Shown here: one piece after another, positions 11,070 through 20,156 of the stretch
How positions within the stretch are numbered: position 1 is the stretch's first letter
How the letters are laid out: the number at the start of each line of letters is the position of its first letter
Assembly (NCBI GenBank): GCA_963674755.2
Contig: CAXXVS010000003.1
Location: forward strand, 736,001-800,000
Length of the DNA: 64,000 bases
Source of the DNA: Desulfobacterales bacterium
GTDB taxonomy: Bacteria > Desulfobacterota > Desulfobacteria > Desulfobacterales > UBA5852
Reading direction: 5' to 3'
Notes under the pieces: generated by a model
What the model saw: only the letters and a program-made list of their open reading frames with translations
What the model was told of the DNA's origin: nothing
Databases searched by the model: none
Translations under genes and position numbers: made by a program

Positions 11070-11488
11070 TGTCCGAGGAGCGCACCATCAGCGATGCGTC
11101 GTTTCAGGAATATCTGGCGGAAGAGCGCCTGATGGGCTGCCGCTGCCGAAATTGCGGCGCCCTTTTCCTGCCGCCCACACCGGTCTGCACCTGCTGCTAC
11201 CGCCAGGCGATGGAATGGCTGGCCATGCCGCAGGAGGGCACCCTGGCGGCCTTCACCTGCATCACGGTTTGCCCGCCCGCCATGACGCGGGAGGGCTTCG
11301 GCCGGGACAACCCTTACTGCACCGGGGTGGTGGCCCTGGCCGACGGCCTGCGGGTGACCACCCGCATCCATGGGGTGGACGCCCGCCGCCCGGAGACGAT
11401 CAAGGTGGGGATGCCCATGAAGGCCGCCTTCCTGCCCCGGGAAGAAGACGGCCGGAAAACGACCTTGTTAGCCTTTGGTCCGGCCTGA
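11066..11488 (+). CDS. DUF35 Zn-ribbon/OB-fold thiolase partner
   Basis: CRNCG..FLPP.PVCTCC Zn ribbon followed by an OB fold; ATGA overlap with the thiolase stop. Confidence 0.87.
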   Translation: MMSEERTISDASFQEYLAEERLMGCRCRNCGALFLPPTPVCTCCYRQAMEWLAMPQEGTLAAFTCITVCPPAMTREGFGRDNPYCTGVVALADGLRVTTRIHGVDARRPETIKVGMPMKAAFLPREEDGRKTTLLAFGPA

Positions 11489-11493
11489 AGCAA

Positions 11494-11661
11494 GGCGTGA
11501 CAGGCTTCAGGCGCCCGTGTCCCGCCTCCGGCAAGCCTTCGGCGGGCAGGCCCGCTTTCAGGATGACTTAGACGGATAAGGCCTTCTGCGGAAGACTTCA
11601 AGGATAAGCAGGCCGACACGCTTATCCCGCCCCCATCGTCGATGCTCGGCGCGGGGCAAAG
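11494..11661 (+). repeat. Structured intergenic repeat family A, variant copy
   Basis: Shares cgcccgtgtcccgc ... caggccgacacgct ... gatgctcggcgcggggcaaag with the copies at 12628, 15345, 18025 and 19905. Confidence 0.7.
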
Positions 11662-11707
11662 CATTATAAAAGCATTAGAAAGCCCCCTTATTAAATCGGG
11701 AGATACC

Positions 11708-12226
11708 ATGAGCCATCTCTTTTCCTCGATCCTTCTAGCCACCAATCTGAAGCCGTCCTGCCGCCAGGCCTTTGAGATCGCCGCCGCCCTGGCGATTCGG
11801 CACCAAGCGGCCCTGGTGCTGGTGCACGTGCTCGAACAGGTGCCCGACTATGTCCAGAAAAACATCCAGACCATGCTGGGCAAAAGCGCTTACGACGAAC
11901 TCTCCCGCAAATACGAGAACAAGGCGCGCAATTTCCTGATCGGCAAGAAGTCCTCCAACCAGTTCATCCACGACGCGCTGGCGGAATTCTGCACCGTGGC
12001 CGGCATCGACGAGATCGCCTGCGACGGACCGTCCCGCCACGTGGTGGTAGCGGAAGGCCACCCGGTCAGCCAAATTCTTGAAACCGCCCGGACCCACAAC
12101 TGCGACCTCATCGTCATGGGGGCCCGGGAAGGGTTTCTGGCGGACAACGCCATCGGCGCCACCATCAAGGCCGTCATGCGCAGCTCCCGGGTGCCGGTCA
12201 TGATGGTTCCGCCCCTGGAAAGCTGA
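11708..12226 (+). CDS. Universal stress protein
   Basis: ILLATN..LVLVHV..EGHPVSQILETA...CDLIVMG..IGATIKAVMRSSRVPVMMVP. Confidence 0.87.
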   Translation: MSHLFSSILLATNLKPSCRQAFEIAAALAIRHQAALVLVHVLEQVPDYVQKNIQTMLGKSAYDELSRKYENKARNFLIGKKSSNQFIHDALAEFCTVAGIDEIACDGPSRHVVVAEGHPVSQILETARTHNCDLIVMGAREGFLADNAIGATIKAVMRSSRVPVMMVPPLES

Positions 12227-12627
12227 ACGCGCGGCCCACGGCGGCCAGGCGCCCGCCTGGCCCGCAAGACGGCCCTGGCAGCAATTGTCCGACGTCGCGG
12301 GCGGCCCCGGTAAGCACCTTCATTCAAGCCGGCACACCCATACCGGGGCGGCCCGCGATCGCGGGGTTTGCCGTGAACCTGCAGCCCGGCCTCCTCCGGA
12401 CCGGACGGCCCCTGTTTTTTCGCCCCGATCCCCCGTGCGCTGCGGGCCTTGAAGCACCGAGGCGTCTGGTTGGTCAGCAAACCACCCGCGACATCGAAGC
12501 CCGCAAGCCATTCCGACCTTAATCGCTTCGTGTTACAAAGCACCGTTAGTTTCGATCTGAGCCTCCACCCCTGGTGGAGGACGCGGAGAGGTTCTACCGA
12601 TCCAGGGCGCCGTTACATCAATAGGAT

Positions 12628-12820
12628 CCTTCATTTTCTTGCACGTGCAAGAAAACGGAAGCAAAAGAAAACGCCCGTGTCCCGCTTAACCCTGCGCGTC
12701 GTCGACACGGCCGGAGCGCGCGGAAACTCCCCCGCCTGCGGCGGGGTCAGACAGTCCGCGCGCCTTTATCCGGCCGCATCGCCGATGCTCGGCGCGGGAC
12801 AAAGGGACATCCAAAACCTC
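12628..12820 (+). repeat. Structured intergenic repeat family A
   Basis: ttttcttgcacgtgcaagaaaa hairpin followed by nested stems tgtcccgc/gcgggaca and gcgcgcgga/tccgcgcgc, ending acaaaggga. Confidence 0.8.
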
Positions 12821-12897
12821 AAAAGCTGTTTTCAAGCCCCCTTCAAGGGGGCTTCCTGAGGTCTCCCGCGATGCGGGAGGAGACTCGCATGCGCCGG

Positions 12898-12915
12898 ATC
12901 GCCCATTTGGGGGAT
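12898..12915. promoter_or_regulatory. 18-bp palindromic operator-like site
   Basis: ATCGCCCATTTGGGGGAT, 66 bp upstream of the methyltransferase; the motif recurs at 14202, 15556 and 18500. Confidence 0.55.
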
Positions 12916-12980
12916 GCTTTTCCGCTCGGCGGCGGCCATGATAGCTGGCGCCAACAACCGCAAGACCCCGGGGGAGCGAA

Positions 12981-13625
12981 ATGACCTTTGCAACGTTCTT
13001 TTCAAATCAGGCCCGGAAGCCCACCGGGCTGTTCGGCCGCTTTGTGGCCTCGCAAATTTTCAAAAAGGGCAACGCCGAGATGAATGCCTTCATCTACGAC
13101 AGTCTGTCCATCCGCGAAGACGATGATATCCTCGAGATCGGCTTCGGCCCCGGCGAGCTTATTCACGCCATGGCGTGCCGTGTGGACCGTGGGCGGGTGG
13201 AGGGGGTCGATTTCTCGGAGACGATGCTGGCCATCGCGCAACGGAGGAACCGGCAGCATATCCGAACTGGCAAGGTCAGGCTGCACCTCGGCGATTTCGA
13301 CGGGATGGCCTTCGACGGCCGCCGGTTCGACACCATCGTCACCGTCAACACCGTCTATTTCTGGCCGCAGCCGGAGGCGACCATCGCCAGGATAGGGGAT
13401 CTATTAAAGCCGGGGGGACGCCTGGCCGTCGGTTTCCATGAAAAAGCCGAGATGCAGGATTCAAATCTCAGCCGCGATGTGTTCCGGTTCTATTCCCCCC
13501 GGGATATGGAAGCGCTCTTGGCCACCTGCGGTGCTTTTGAACATATCGCGATCGCCTCCAGAAACGGAAAAGCAAAGAAGCTGCACTGCGCCGTCGGCAC
13601 CAAGGCGATCCGCCAAACCACCTAA
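12981..13625 (+). CDS. Class I SAM-dependent methyltransferase
   Basis: ILEIGFGPG motif I, GVDFS, LLKPGGRL. Confidence 0.87.
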   Translation: MTFATFFSNQARKPTGLFGRFVASQIFKKGNAEMNAFIYDSLSIREDDDILEIGFGPGELIHAMACRVDRGRVEGVDFSETMLAIAQRRNRQHIRTGKVRLHLGDFDGMAFDGRRFDTIVTVNTVYFWPQPEATIARIGDLLKPGGRLAVGFHEKAEMQDSNLSRDVFRFYSPRDMEALLATCGAFEHIAIASRNGKAKKLHCAVGTKAIRQTT

Positions 13626-14095
13626 CGCCGGATGCATTTCAAACCATGTTTCTCCATGTTCCAGTAGATGCACTTTTTGGCCCAGGTGGGGCAGATCTCG
13701 GCATGCTTGCCGGAGACTTTGGTGACGATGATCGGATGCCGGCGATATTTCATTAAGGTCTCCACGGCCTCTGTTTTGGTCACCTCTCTGGCCTTGCCGG
13801 CATTCACCATCCCTTCCGCCAGTTCATCCAGGAAAACCGATTCCGTAAGTGGCGCTTCCGTGTGCACCGCTTTGCAGACCCGGGGTCCCACGGCGCACTG
13901 CCGGGCGTCCTCGATCAGCCGGATGGCCTGATCGATGGTCAGCTTGAGGGGCGCCAGCTTGGCCACGTTTTCCGACAGGATATCCCCGATGCGGGTTCCG
14001 GCCAGGGACGACTTGCCGGCCGCGTCGAAGATGGCGAAACTCTTTTCAATCTGTCCACATACTTTTCCCGAGACATAGTCTTCGATCGTTGCCAT
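13622..14095 (-). CDS. Hypothetical Cys-containing protein, possibly ferredoxin-associated
   Basis: 157-aa ORF with AAGGAG RBS; CAVGPRVC and EICPTWAKKC; converges on the methyltransferase with a 4-bp overlap. Confidence 0.7.
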   Translation of the reverse strand: MATIEDYVSGKVCGQIEKSFAIFDAAGKSSLAGTRIGDILSENVAKLAPLKLTIDQAIRLIEDARQCAVGPRVCKAVHTEAPLTESVFLDELAEGMVNAGKAREVTKTEAVETLMKYRRHPIIVTKVSGKHAEICPTWAKKCIYWNMEKHGLKCIRR

Positions 14096-14201
14096 GTGCG
14101 GCTCCTTGTATTTGCTTCAATATTCAGGTCACCTATTCCGGCGGCATCCTTAGGAACTTTTAGGATTGCACCGTCATTAAAACGGTTTGGAAAGGCAACG
14201 C

Positions 14202-14219
14202 ATCCCCCGAATGGGCGAT
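14202..14219. promoter_or_regulatory. 18-bp palindromic operator-like site
   Basis: ATCCCCCGAATGGGCGAT in the divergent intergenic region upstream of the 14095 gene. Confidence 0.55.
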
Positions 14220-14250
14220 GCGGCAAAAGGCCAAATGTTGTTTATCTAAT

Positions 14251-14442
14251 GTCCATCCAGAGATGGTAGATTTTGGTTCCTGGTCCCGCCGCACAGCGCG
14301 GGATTTCGCATCTGATCCGTATATACATCGGTGTTCAACAAACCGCAGCCGACGGGGTACCGCTGGCGTAGCCCGGCTACGCCGAGGACACTCAGGAGGA
14401 GAGAACGCCGCCAGGGGACAAAAGATGCCATTTATGGATGGA
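14251..14442 (-). repeat. Palindromic MITE/REP-like element, family B/C
   Basis: Inverted ends gtccatcca...tggatggac; its reverse complement matches 16722-16885. Confidence 0.75.
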
Positions 14443-14596
14443 CACTATCTAACCTAATAGGTCCCTTCATTTTCTTTTTTGAAGCAAAGTCGGAGGAGAG
14501 ACACTGAGATTTTCCGCTCTGCGGGAGGCGCCTCGTTTCGGATGATTTCTGTGTGAACACAGAGAATGCAGTAGAGAACAATTGAGGAGGGGAATC

Positions 14597-15241
14597 ATGC
14601 CAGCCGACAACCCGGTATTCGAAAAGCATTACAGGTCTTATCTGGAGGAAATCGCCAAGGTCGATCTCAGGGCGATAAACGATACCCTGGGATGCCGCAT
14701 GGACGGCGATCGCATCGTGATCCCGTTTTTCGGGGGGGACTACCGCGTATCGCCGGACGGCATTGCCGATGATCAAGACCACAAGCCGGGATACGTGGTT
14801 TGTGTCGTTCTCTCCAAATATCTTCTGCGTTGCCCTGCGGTCGTCCCGGCCAGCGATGGGTGGGTGTCGTTCAAGGATTTTAAAGCCACCTCCCATTTTA
14901 CCAATAGCAACTATTTTGCCAGTGACACCGAGCAGGCCATCGTGAAAGGCTTTAGCGGAAGGCTCGACGATTTGTCGGAAGCGTGCCGGCAAACGGGCGG
15001 TGTGCCGCACGAGGCCGGGATGCCCTACGATCTTTCCGTGCGGTTCGAGGCGCTTCCCAAGGTATCGCTCCTGCTGCTCTTCAACGACCGGGACGATGAA
15101 TTCCCGGCCGGCTGCAAGGTCCTTTTCAACCGGCGGGCCGAATGCTATCTGGATCCGGAATCCTTGGCGATGACCGGCGGCTTGCTCGCCAGAAGGCTTA
15201 CGAATGCCTGCGAAAAGCTTCAAATGGAAGATATCGGATAA
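14597..15241 (+). CDS. DUF3786 domain protein
   Basis: WVSFKDF, FEALPKVSLLLLFNDRDDEFPA.CKVLF...YLDPESL; GAGGAGG RBS. Confidence 0.82.
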   Translation: MPADNPVFEKHYRSYLEEIAKVDLRAINDTLGCRMDGDRIVIPFFGGDYRVSPDGIADDQDHKPGYVVCVVLSKYLLRCPAVVPASDGWVSFKDFKATSHFTNSNYFASDTEQAIVKGFSGRLDDLSEACRQTGGVPHEAGMPYDLSVRFEALPKVSLLLLFNDRDDEFPAGCKVLFNRRAECYLDPESLAMTGGLLARRLTNACEKLQMEDIG

Positions 15242-15344
15242 TTCCGAAAAAAGTCCACACTATAAGCCATTGCTTTGACTTAAACTCTCCACTCCTGGTG
15301 AAACGCTTATAGGATATTATCAATATAGCATAGTTATTCCTGTT

Positions 15345-15522
15345 GTTACTTTTCTTCCGTGTGGCAGAAAAGTAACCAAAAGAAGACACCATGTCTCGCT
15401 CAATCCTGCGCGTCGTTGCGGCGGCCGGAGCACGCGGAAACTCGCTTCGCTCAAACAGTCCGCGCGCTTATATCCGTCCACCCCAACGATGCTCAGCGCG
15501 AGACAAAGGGAAATACAAAACC
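15345..15522 (+). repeat. Structured intergenic repeat family A
   Basis: gttacttttcttccgtgtggcagaaaagtaac hairpin; stem tgtctcgc/gcgagaca is compensatory relative to the other copies. Confidence 0.8.
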
Positions 15523-15555
15523 AAAAACCCAAAAACCGATTCAGACACACGGCAC

Positions 15556-15573
15556 ATCGCCCGAAGTGGGGAT
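15556..15573. promoter_or_regulatory. 18-bp palindromic operator-like site
   Basis: ATCGCCCGAAGTGGGGAT about 100 bp upstream of the Fe-S/LuxR gene. Confidence 0.5.
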
Positions 15574-15671
15574 CTATTGCTATATTCGTGCATCCTTCAT
15601 GGGCATTTCAAGAAAAAGGGTTGTCGATTTTAGGTCGGCTACGGTATGGGAATGGCTAATCCAAACCACGT

Positions 15672-16574
15672 ATGAATATCGCAAAGGATGGCACCATGCT
15701 CATCACGGGGTATTCCGACCTGTCCCTTACCCGCGGGGGGATTCTCCAGGATTTAACCTCCGAGCCGATCTGGGGCGCCTATTTCAGGCTCGACAGCGAT
15801 ATCCGTGCGGTATTTCCCTTCATCAACGGCGCGGTGGAGAAGGTCCGCTATCAATTGCGCCCCCTGCATGTCCGCTTTCTCTATCGGGAAGTGGCCTGCA
15901 CCCTCTATCCGAAGGAAGCCATGGCGGCCCCCCTGCGGGGGCGCGACCATGCGGTCGCCTATATCGACGCGCTGATCGTGTTCCTGAACAACCTGTATGA
16001 AAGGCGCTCTGCGCTGACGCCGAGCCACAAGCTTTACCAGCCGCCTGTCTCCGTGGTGGACATTGTTAAAATGCTGCCCCTCACCAATTGCCGAAAATGC
16101 GGCTATCCCACCTGCATGGCCTTTGCGGCCGCGATCCGCAAGGGCAAGGCCCTGCCGGAAGACTGTCCCGATTTTGCGGCACCCATCACGATCTGCAAGA
16201 TTTACCCGGTCTTCGGGCCGGAAGGCGCCCTAGAATCCACCCTGTCCATCGAAAGCGGCCTTACCCCGATGACGGCCGGAGAGAACAACGCTGAGGAGCA
16301 GGAGGCGGATGCAGGAGAGCCGTCCCAAACAGCCGCAGACGGCGAGGCGCCGCTTTACGACCGCTACGGCATCCGCATCCAGTATGATCTCACGCCGCGG
16401 GAAATCCAGGTGTTGCGCTACCTGGCCGAGGGCGCCAGCAACCCGGAGATCTCGGAAGCCCTCAACATCAGCCCCCACACCGTCAAATCCCATGTCATCC
16501 ACATCTTCAACAAGATCAATGTGAACGATCGGACCCAGGCGGCGGTTTGGGCGGTGCAGAACAAGGTAATTTAA
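15672..16574 (+). CDS. LuxR-family transcriptional regulator with an Fe-S cluster domain
   Basis: LPLTNCRKCGYPTCMAFA...CP (AcsC/RnfB-type four-Cys Fe-S motif) plus C-terminal LTPREIQVL..LAEGASN.EI...LNISPHTVKSH HTH. Confidence 0.87.
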   Translation: MNIAKDGTMLITGYSDLSLTRGGILQDLTSEPIWGAYFRLDSDIRAVFPFINGAVEKVRYQLRPLHVRFLYREVACTLYPKEAMAAPLRGRDHAVAYIDALIVFLNNLYERRSALTPSHKLYQPPVSVVDIVKMLPLTNCRKCGYPTCMAFAAAIRKGKALPEDCPDFAAPITICKIYPVFGPEGALESTLSIESGLTPMTAGENNAEEQEADAGEPSQTAADGEAPLYDRYGIRIQYDLTPREIQVLRYLAEGASNPEISEALNISPHTVKSHVIHIFNKINVNDRTQAAVWAVQNKVI

Positions 16575-16575
16575 G

Positions 16576-17126
16576 TAGAAGCGATCTCAAAAATGTCTTT
16601 TGGTCCCATATCGGCGTTGGACGCTCGTTTCATGTCCTCGAAATACATAAGTATTCCTGCGGATGAAACTCACCTCCGCCTTGATCTGGAACCAAAATCC
16701 AAATTTTGAGAAGGCTTCTACGTCCCCCCAGAAACGGCATCTTTTGGCCCCGGTCGGTGTTCTCGCTCTCCGTAAATCCGCGACGTAGCCAACTACGCAA
16801 CGCTATCGCTCATACGGCTACGCCGTCGGTCTCAAGATCGCTGCGGCCTTGGCCGGAACAAAAATCTACCATTTCTGAACGAACACTGGCTGGTGTTGGC
16901 CCATCCGGAAATAGGCAAAGAGGAGATTTAAGGATAGAATGCATTTCAAAATTAAGATCAGGGTTCCTGACAAGGCGTGAGACGGTGAAAAAGCGGAGCA
17001 TACACGAAGTATGTGAGCATTTTGAGTCGGCTCGCTATGCCCCCTATTCCTAAATATCAGATGCGGTATCCAGCATCGCTGGAAACGCCGTCAGGGGCAC
17101 TTAGATTATTTTTGAGATACGTTCTA
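16576..17126. repeat. Cluster of three palindromic MITE/REP-like elements, family B/C
   Basis: 16576-16720 (tagaagcgatctcaaaa...ttttgagaaggcttcta), 16722-16885, and 16935-17126 in the opposite orientation; shared cggcgtt...cgccttg core. Confidence 0.75.
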
Positions 17127-17130
17127 TGCG

Positions 17131-17931
17131 TCAGCCATGACGCCGCGCGATTTTCTCAAACATCAGGGATAGCCCCGCGCCCAATGTGTAGATGGCCTCG
17201 ATCCTGAGGTTGGCCTCGGCCGTGTCGTCGAAAAACAGGTTCAGCTCCGATGGCATGCCTTCATCCGGTTTCCAGTAGCAAACGAGCAGCGGCAGTTTGG
17301 GCAGGGGGTGCAGGACTACTCCGATGTCCGCGTCGAAGTGCTGTTCCACCAGCCGTCCGTTGAACAGGTGCACCATATCCTCGAACAGATCGGTGTAGGT
17401 GTCGGCCACGGCCTTCATGGGCTTCGTGCAGCGCTGGTCGAAAAACAGGTGCCAGTCCCGGCCACCCTTGAGCTCCCGCAGGGGGACCCAGTTGCCGGAC
17501 GGGGTTTGGCCTTCACCGGCCAGGATATAGGTCAGCACCGGCCCGGCGATCCAGCCATGGACATGAATATCGGTGCTAAACTGCCCCTGTTGGTCGACGC
17601 TGATTTCCTTGCCGAGGGTACGCAGGGTCAATTTGCCGTTGACGTAGCGGCCCCCCAGGCGTTCGGCCGCCTGGGCCAGGTCGACCCCCGCGATTTGGCG
17701 CTGCATCTGCCGCAGGGCTTCCTCGCCGTCCTGGTCCATCGTTCGGGCTTTTTCAACCCCGTCGCCGTACTTGGCGGCAATGGCCGGATCCAGCCGGGGG
17801 CATTCGGCAAGCTGTCGGGCCCCCTTGAAGACGGCTGCGGCAAACGCCAGGCAGGTGGCCTCCTCGCACTGCCGGCAATTTGATTTTTCCAATAGCTTGA
17901 AGACTTCCATGGTGTTTTTGATTTGGGGCAT
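17131..17931 (-). CDS. Fe-S cluster domain / DUF3786 fusion protein
   Basis: SNCRQCEEATCLAFA...CP at the N-terminus; PLPKLPLLVCYWKPDEGMPSELNLFFD DUF3786-like C-terminus; GGAGG RBS. Confidence 0.83.
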   Translation of the reverse strand: MPQIKNTMEVFKLLEKSNCRQCEEATCLAFAAAVFKGARQLAECPRLDPAIAAKYGDGVEKARTMDQDGEEALRQMQRQIAGVDLAQAAERLGGRYVNGKLTLRTLGKEISVDQQGQFSTDIHVHGWIAGPVLTYILAGEGQTPSGNWVPLRELKGGRDWHLFFDQRCTKPMKAVADTYTDLFEDMVHLFNGRLVEQHFDADIGVVLHPLPKLPLLVCYWKPDEGMPSELNLFFDDTAEANLRIEAIYTLGAGLSLMFEKIARRHG

Positions 17932-18024
17932 ACTAGCCTCCCGGTTGTTTATGATCTGAGCCATCCCCCAACGGTGGATTCCTCGGAGTGGCTCTATCGA
18001 TTCGTGCTGATTATTGAAATCGAT

Positions 18025-18404
18025 TCTTCATTTTCTGTCGCGTGACAGAAAACGAAGCAATCACGCCTTCCCTGAAAACGGCGTGACAGGCTTCAAACGC
18101 CAGTGTCCCGCGGCCCCTTCGGGGCTGACCTGCGCTTCTCCAAACCGGTGATGCAGCAAGAATCATGCTGTCAGGCAAGGCGCCAGGGGAAGCGAGGCGC
18201 GCAGCAATCGTCAGATTGTGAGCACTCGAGCGAGCCGGGCAACGCCGCATGGCGGCATGAGGCGCCGCTGGATCATCCGGTTTCGGACGGAGCGCGCGGT
18301 GACTCGCCCGCCTTCGCCAAGGTTGCGGCGGACTCAAACAGTCCGCGTGCTTTTATCCGGTCGCCCCGCCGATGCTCAGCGCGGGACAAAGGGAAACGCA
18401 AGAC
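18025..18404 (+). repeat. Structured intergenic repeat family A with internal insertions
   Basis: ttttctgtcgcgtgacagaaaa hairpin, gtgtcccgc ... gatgctcagcgcgggacaaaggga, with extra sequence inside the stem. Confidence 0.72.
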
Positions 18405-18499
18405 CAAAGAATCAAAAGTCCTTTTGAGAGGCTACTTCAGGTCTATCGCTATGTTAGTGGGGCTTTTGACTAAATTTATGAAAAGGGAGAGACGATGCC

Positions 18500-18517
18500 A
18501 TCCCCCAAATGGGGGAT
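18500..18517. promoter_or_regulatory. 18-bp palindromic operator-like site
   Basis: ATCCCCCAAATGGGGGAT, perfect 7-4-7 inverted repeat. Confidence 0.55.
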
Positions 18518-18553
18518 TTGTTATGAAACGGAACACTTCAATTTGCCTTTAGC

Positions 18554-18581
18554 GTCATTCCCGGGCTTGGCCCGGGAATCC
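18554..18581. repeat. Short REP-like palindrome
   Basis: gtcattcccgggcttggcccgggaatcc, an ATTCCC-N-GGGAAT type hairpin; single copy in this window. Confidence 0.45.
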
Positions 18582-18964
18582 CGCTTCCAAAATTTTCAAC
18601 ACCTGATGGCTCCCAACTCGCTTTACCCCGATGCTGTTCAACAGGCCCCCGCTGGCGGGACTGTTTGACGACCGCCCGAGAATATCATGCAACATCAATA
18701 AGATTGGGTATTTGACGCGGGGTGTAGGGCTTTACAGACATGACGCAAGGTGGTAGGTGAGAGGTATTTCAACGAAGCCTTTTCAAAATGTGGATTTTCG
18801 TTTTTGGAATCGCTTCAGCTGCAGACAGCCGGCCATCCCGCCCCCTTCGCCGCAACGGCGTGCAGTTCCCGAAGGCGTTGCATAGCGCCCAAAGCCGCAC
18901 TTGGAAGGTGCTCATGCCCTAGCATTCGAAATCGGTTCGTATCCCCCCAGCCAAGGACGACCGC

Positions 18965-19834
18965 ATGAAAAAAGGTTTTCTGGCGTGTTTCTCGATTTTC
19001 CTCCTCCTGGCGTTCCTCTCGCCGGCCGCAGCCGACTCCCCCGTCTGGAAAGTGAGTAAAGGGGATCGCCACCTCTTTATCGGCGGCACGGTGCACATCC
19101 TGACCCAGGCCGACTACCCCCTGCCGGAGGCCTTTGAGCAGGCCTACGGCGCGTCGTCGGTCATCGTGTTCGAAGCGGACTTTCGGGAATTGCAGACCCC
19201 GGAATTTCAGCAGGCGCTCCTCAGCCGGGCCAAATATCCCGAGGGCCGCAATCTGATGATGTTCCTGAAGGACGACACGCGCCAGCACCTGGTGCAGTAC
19301 CTTACCGAGCGCCAGATTCCCATGGACAACCTGATAAAATTTAAGGCCGGCATGGTGGCCATGACCCTGACCATGGTGGAATTGCAGCGGCTGGGGCTTG
19401 CCGGTTCGGGGGTCGACCAGTTTTTCAGCCTGCGGGCCCTGAACGACCAAAAGGAAATCGGCCACCTGGAGACTGCCGACGAGCAGTTGGATTTCATTGC
19501 CGGCATGGGGGAGGGCAAGGAGGACGCGCTGATCGCCTACACCCTGCGCCAGATGGAAGACCTGCCGGAAATGCTGCAGGCCATGAAGGCGGCCTGGCGC
19601 GCGGGGGACAACGCTAAATTGGAAGAAGTGGCCCTGAAACCCATGGAGAAGGATTTCCCGGTCATGACGGACCGCGTCGTCGAGGACCGCAACGATGCCT
19701 GGCTGCCCAAGATCGAGGCCATGCTCCGGACCGAGGAGGTCGAGCTGGTTTTGGTGGGGGCGCTGCATTTGGTAGGGGAGGAAGGGTTGCTGGAGCAGTT
19801 GAAAGAAAAGGGGTACGATATAGAAAACCTTTAG
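18965..19834 (+). CDS. TraB/GumN family protein (secreted)
   Basis: Signal peptide, PVWKV..LFIGGTVH, LETADEQL, DRNDAW, VGALHLVGEEGLL..L..KGY. Confidence 0.88.
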   Translation: MKKGFLACFSIFLLLAFLSPAAADSPVWKVSKGDRHLFIGGTVHILTQADYPLPEAFEQAYGASSVIVFEADFRELQTPEFQQALLSRAKYPEGRNLMMFLKDDTRQHLVQYLTERQIPMDNLIKFKAGMVAMTLTMVELQRLGLAGSGVDQFFSLRALNDQKEIGHLETADEQLDFIAGMGEGKEDALIAYTLRQMEDLPEMLQAMKAAWRAGDNAKLEEVALKPMEKDFPVMTDRVVEDRNDAWLPKIEAMLRTEEVELVLVGALHLVGEEGLLEQLKEKGYDIENL

Positions 19835-19875
19835 TTAGGTGGTCACAATTTGTGACCACCTAAGAAAGGTTTTCT
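19822..19875. terminator. Long hairpin overlapping the TraB stop; possible terminator or operator
   Basis: Perfect 14-bp inverted repeat ttaggtggtcacaa-t-ttgtgaccacctaa extended by agaaaaccttt/aaaggttttct. Confidence 0.4.
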
Positions 19876-19904
19876 GAAGTAGGTATTTTAAATGGTTTAA
19901 AGCC

Positions 19905-20087
19905 CTTGGTTTTCACTGTTCCCTTTGTCCCGCGCTGAGCATCAGCGATGGGGGCGGATGAAGCGTGTCGGCCTGTCTGAGCGAAGCGAGTTCCGACACG
20001 CGCCGACTCCGTCGATGACGCGCAGGAAGAAGCGGGACACGGGCGTCTTCTTTTGGTTACTTTTCTGCCACGCGGAAGAAAAGTAAC
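19905..20087 (-). repeat. Structured intergenic repeat family A, inverted copy
   Basis: Reverse complement closely matches the 15345 copy; inner stem gcgtgtcgg/ccgacacgc. Confidence 0.8.
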
Positions 20088-20156
20088 ATTGGAAAAAAAC
20101 AATAGATCTGTAGAACTGCTGTAGATCAAATCTATAAGAACGAAAAGGCTTAAACC

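Noticed and set aside
12226..12860. ORFs 11890-12543 and 12449-12859
   Set aside because: They run through GC-rich hairpins and a family A repeat; no protein-like signature
16576..17126. Possible CRISPR array in the repeat cluster
   Set aside because: Units are 145-190-bp palindromes, not 25-45-bp repeats with unique spacers; no cas genes in the window
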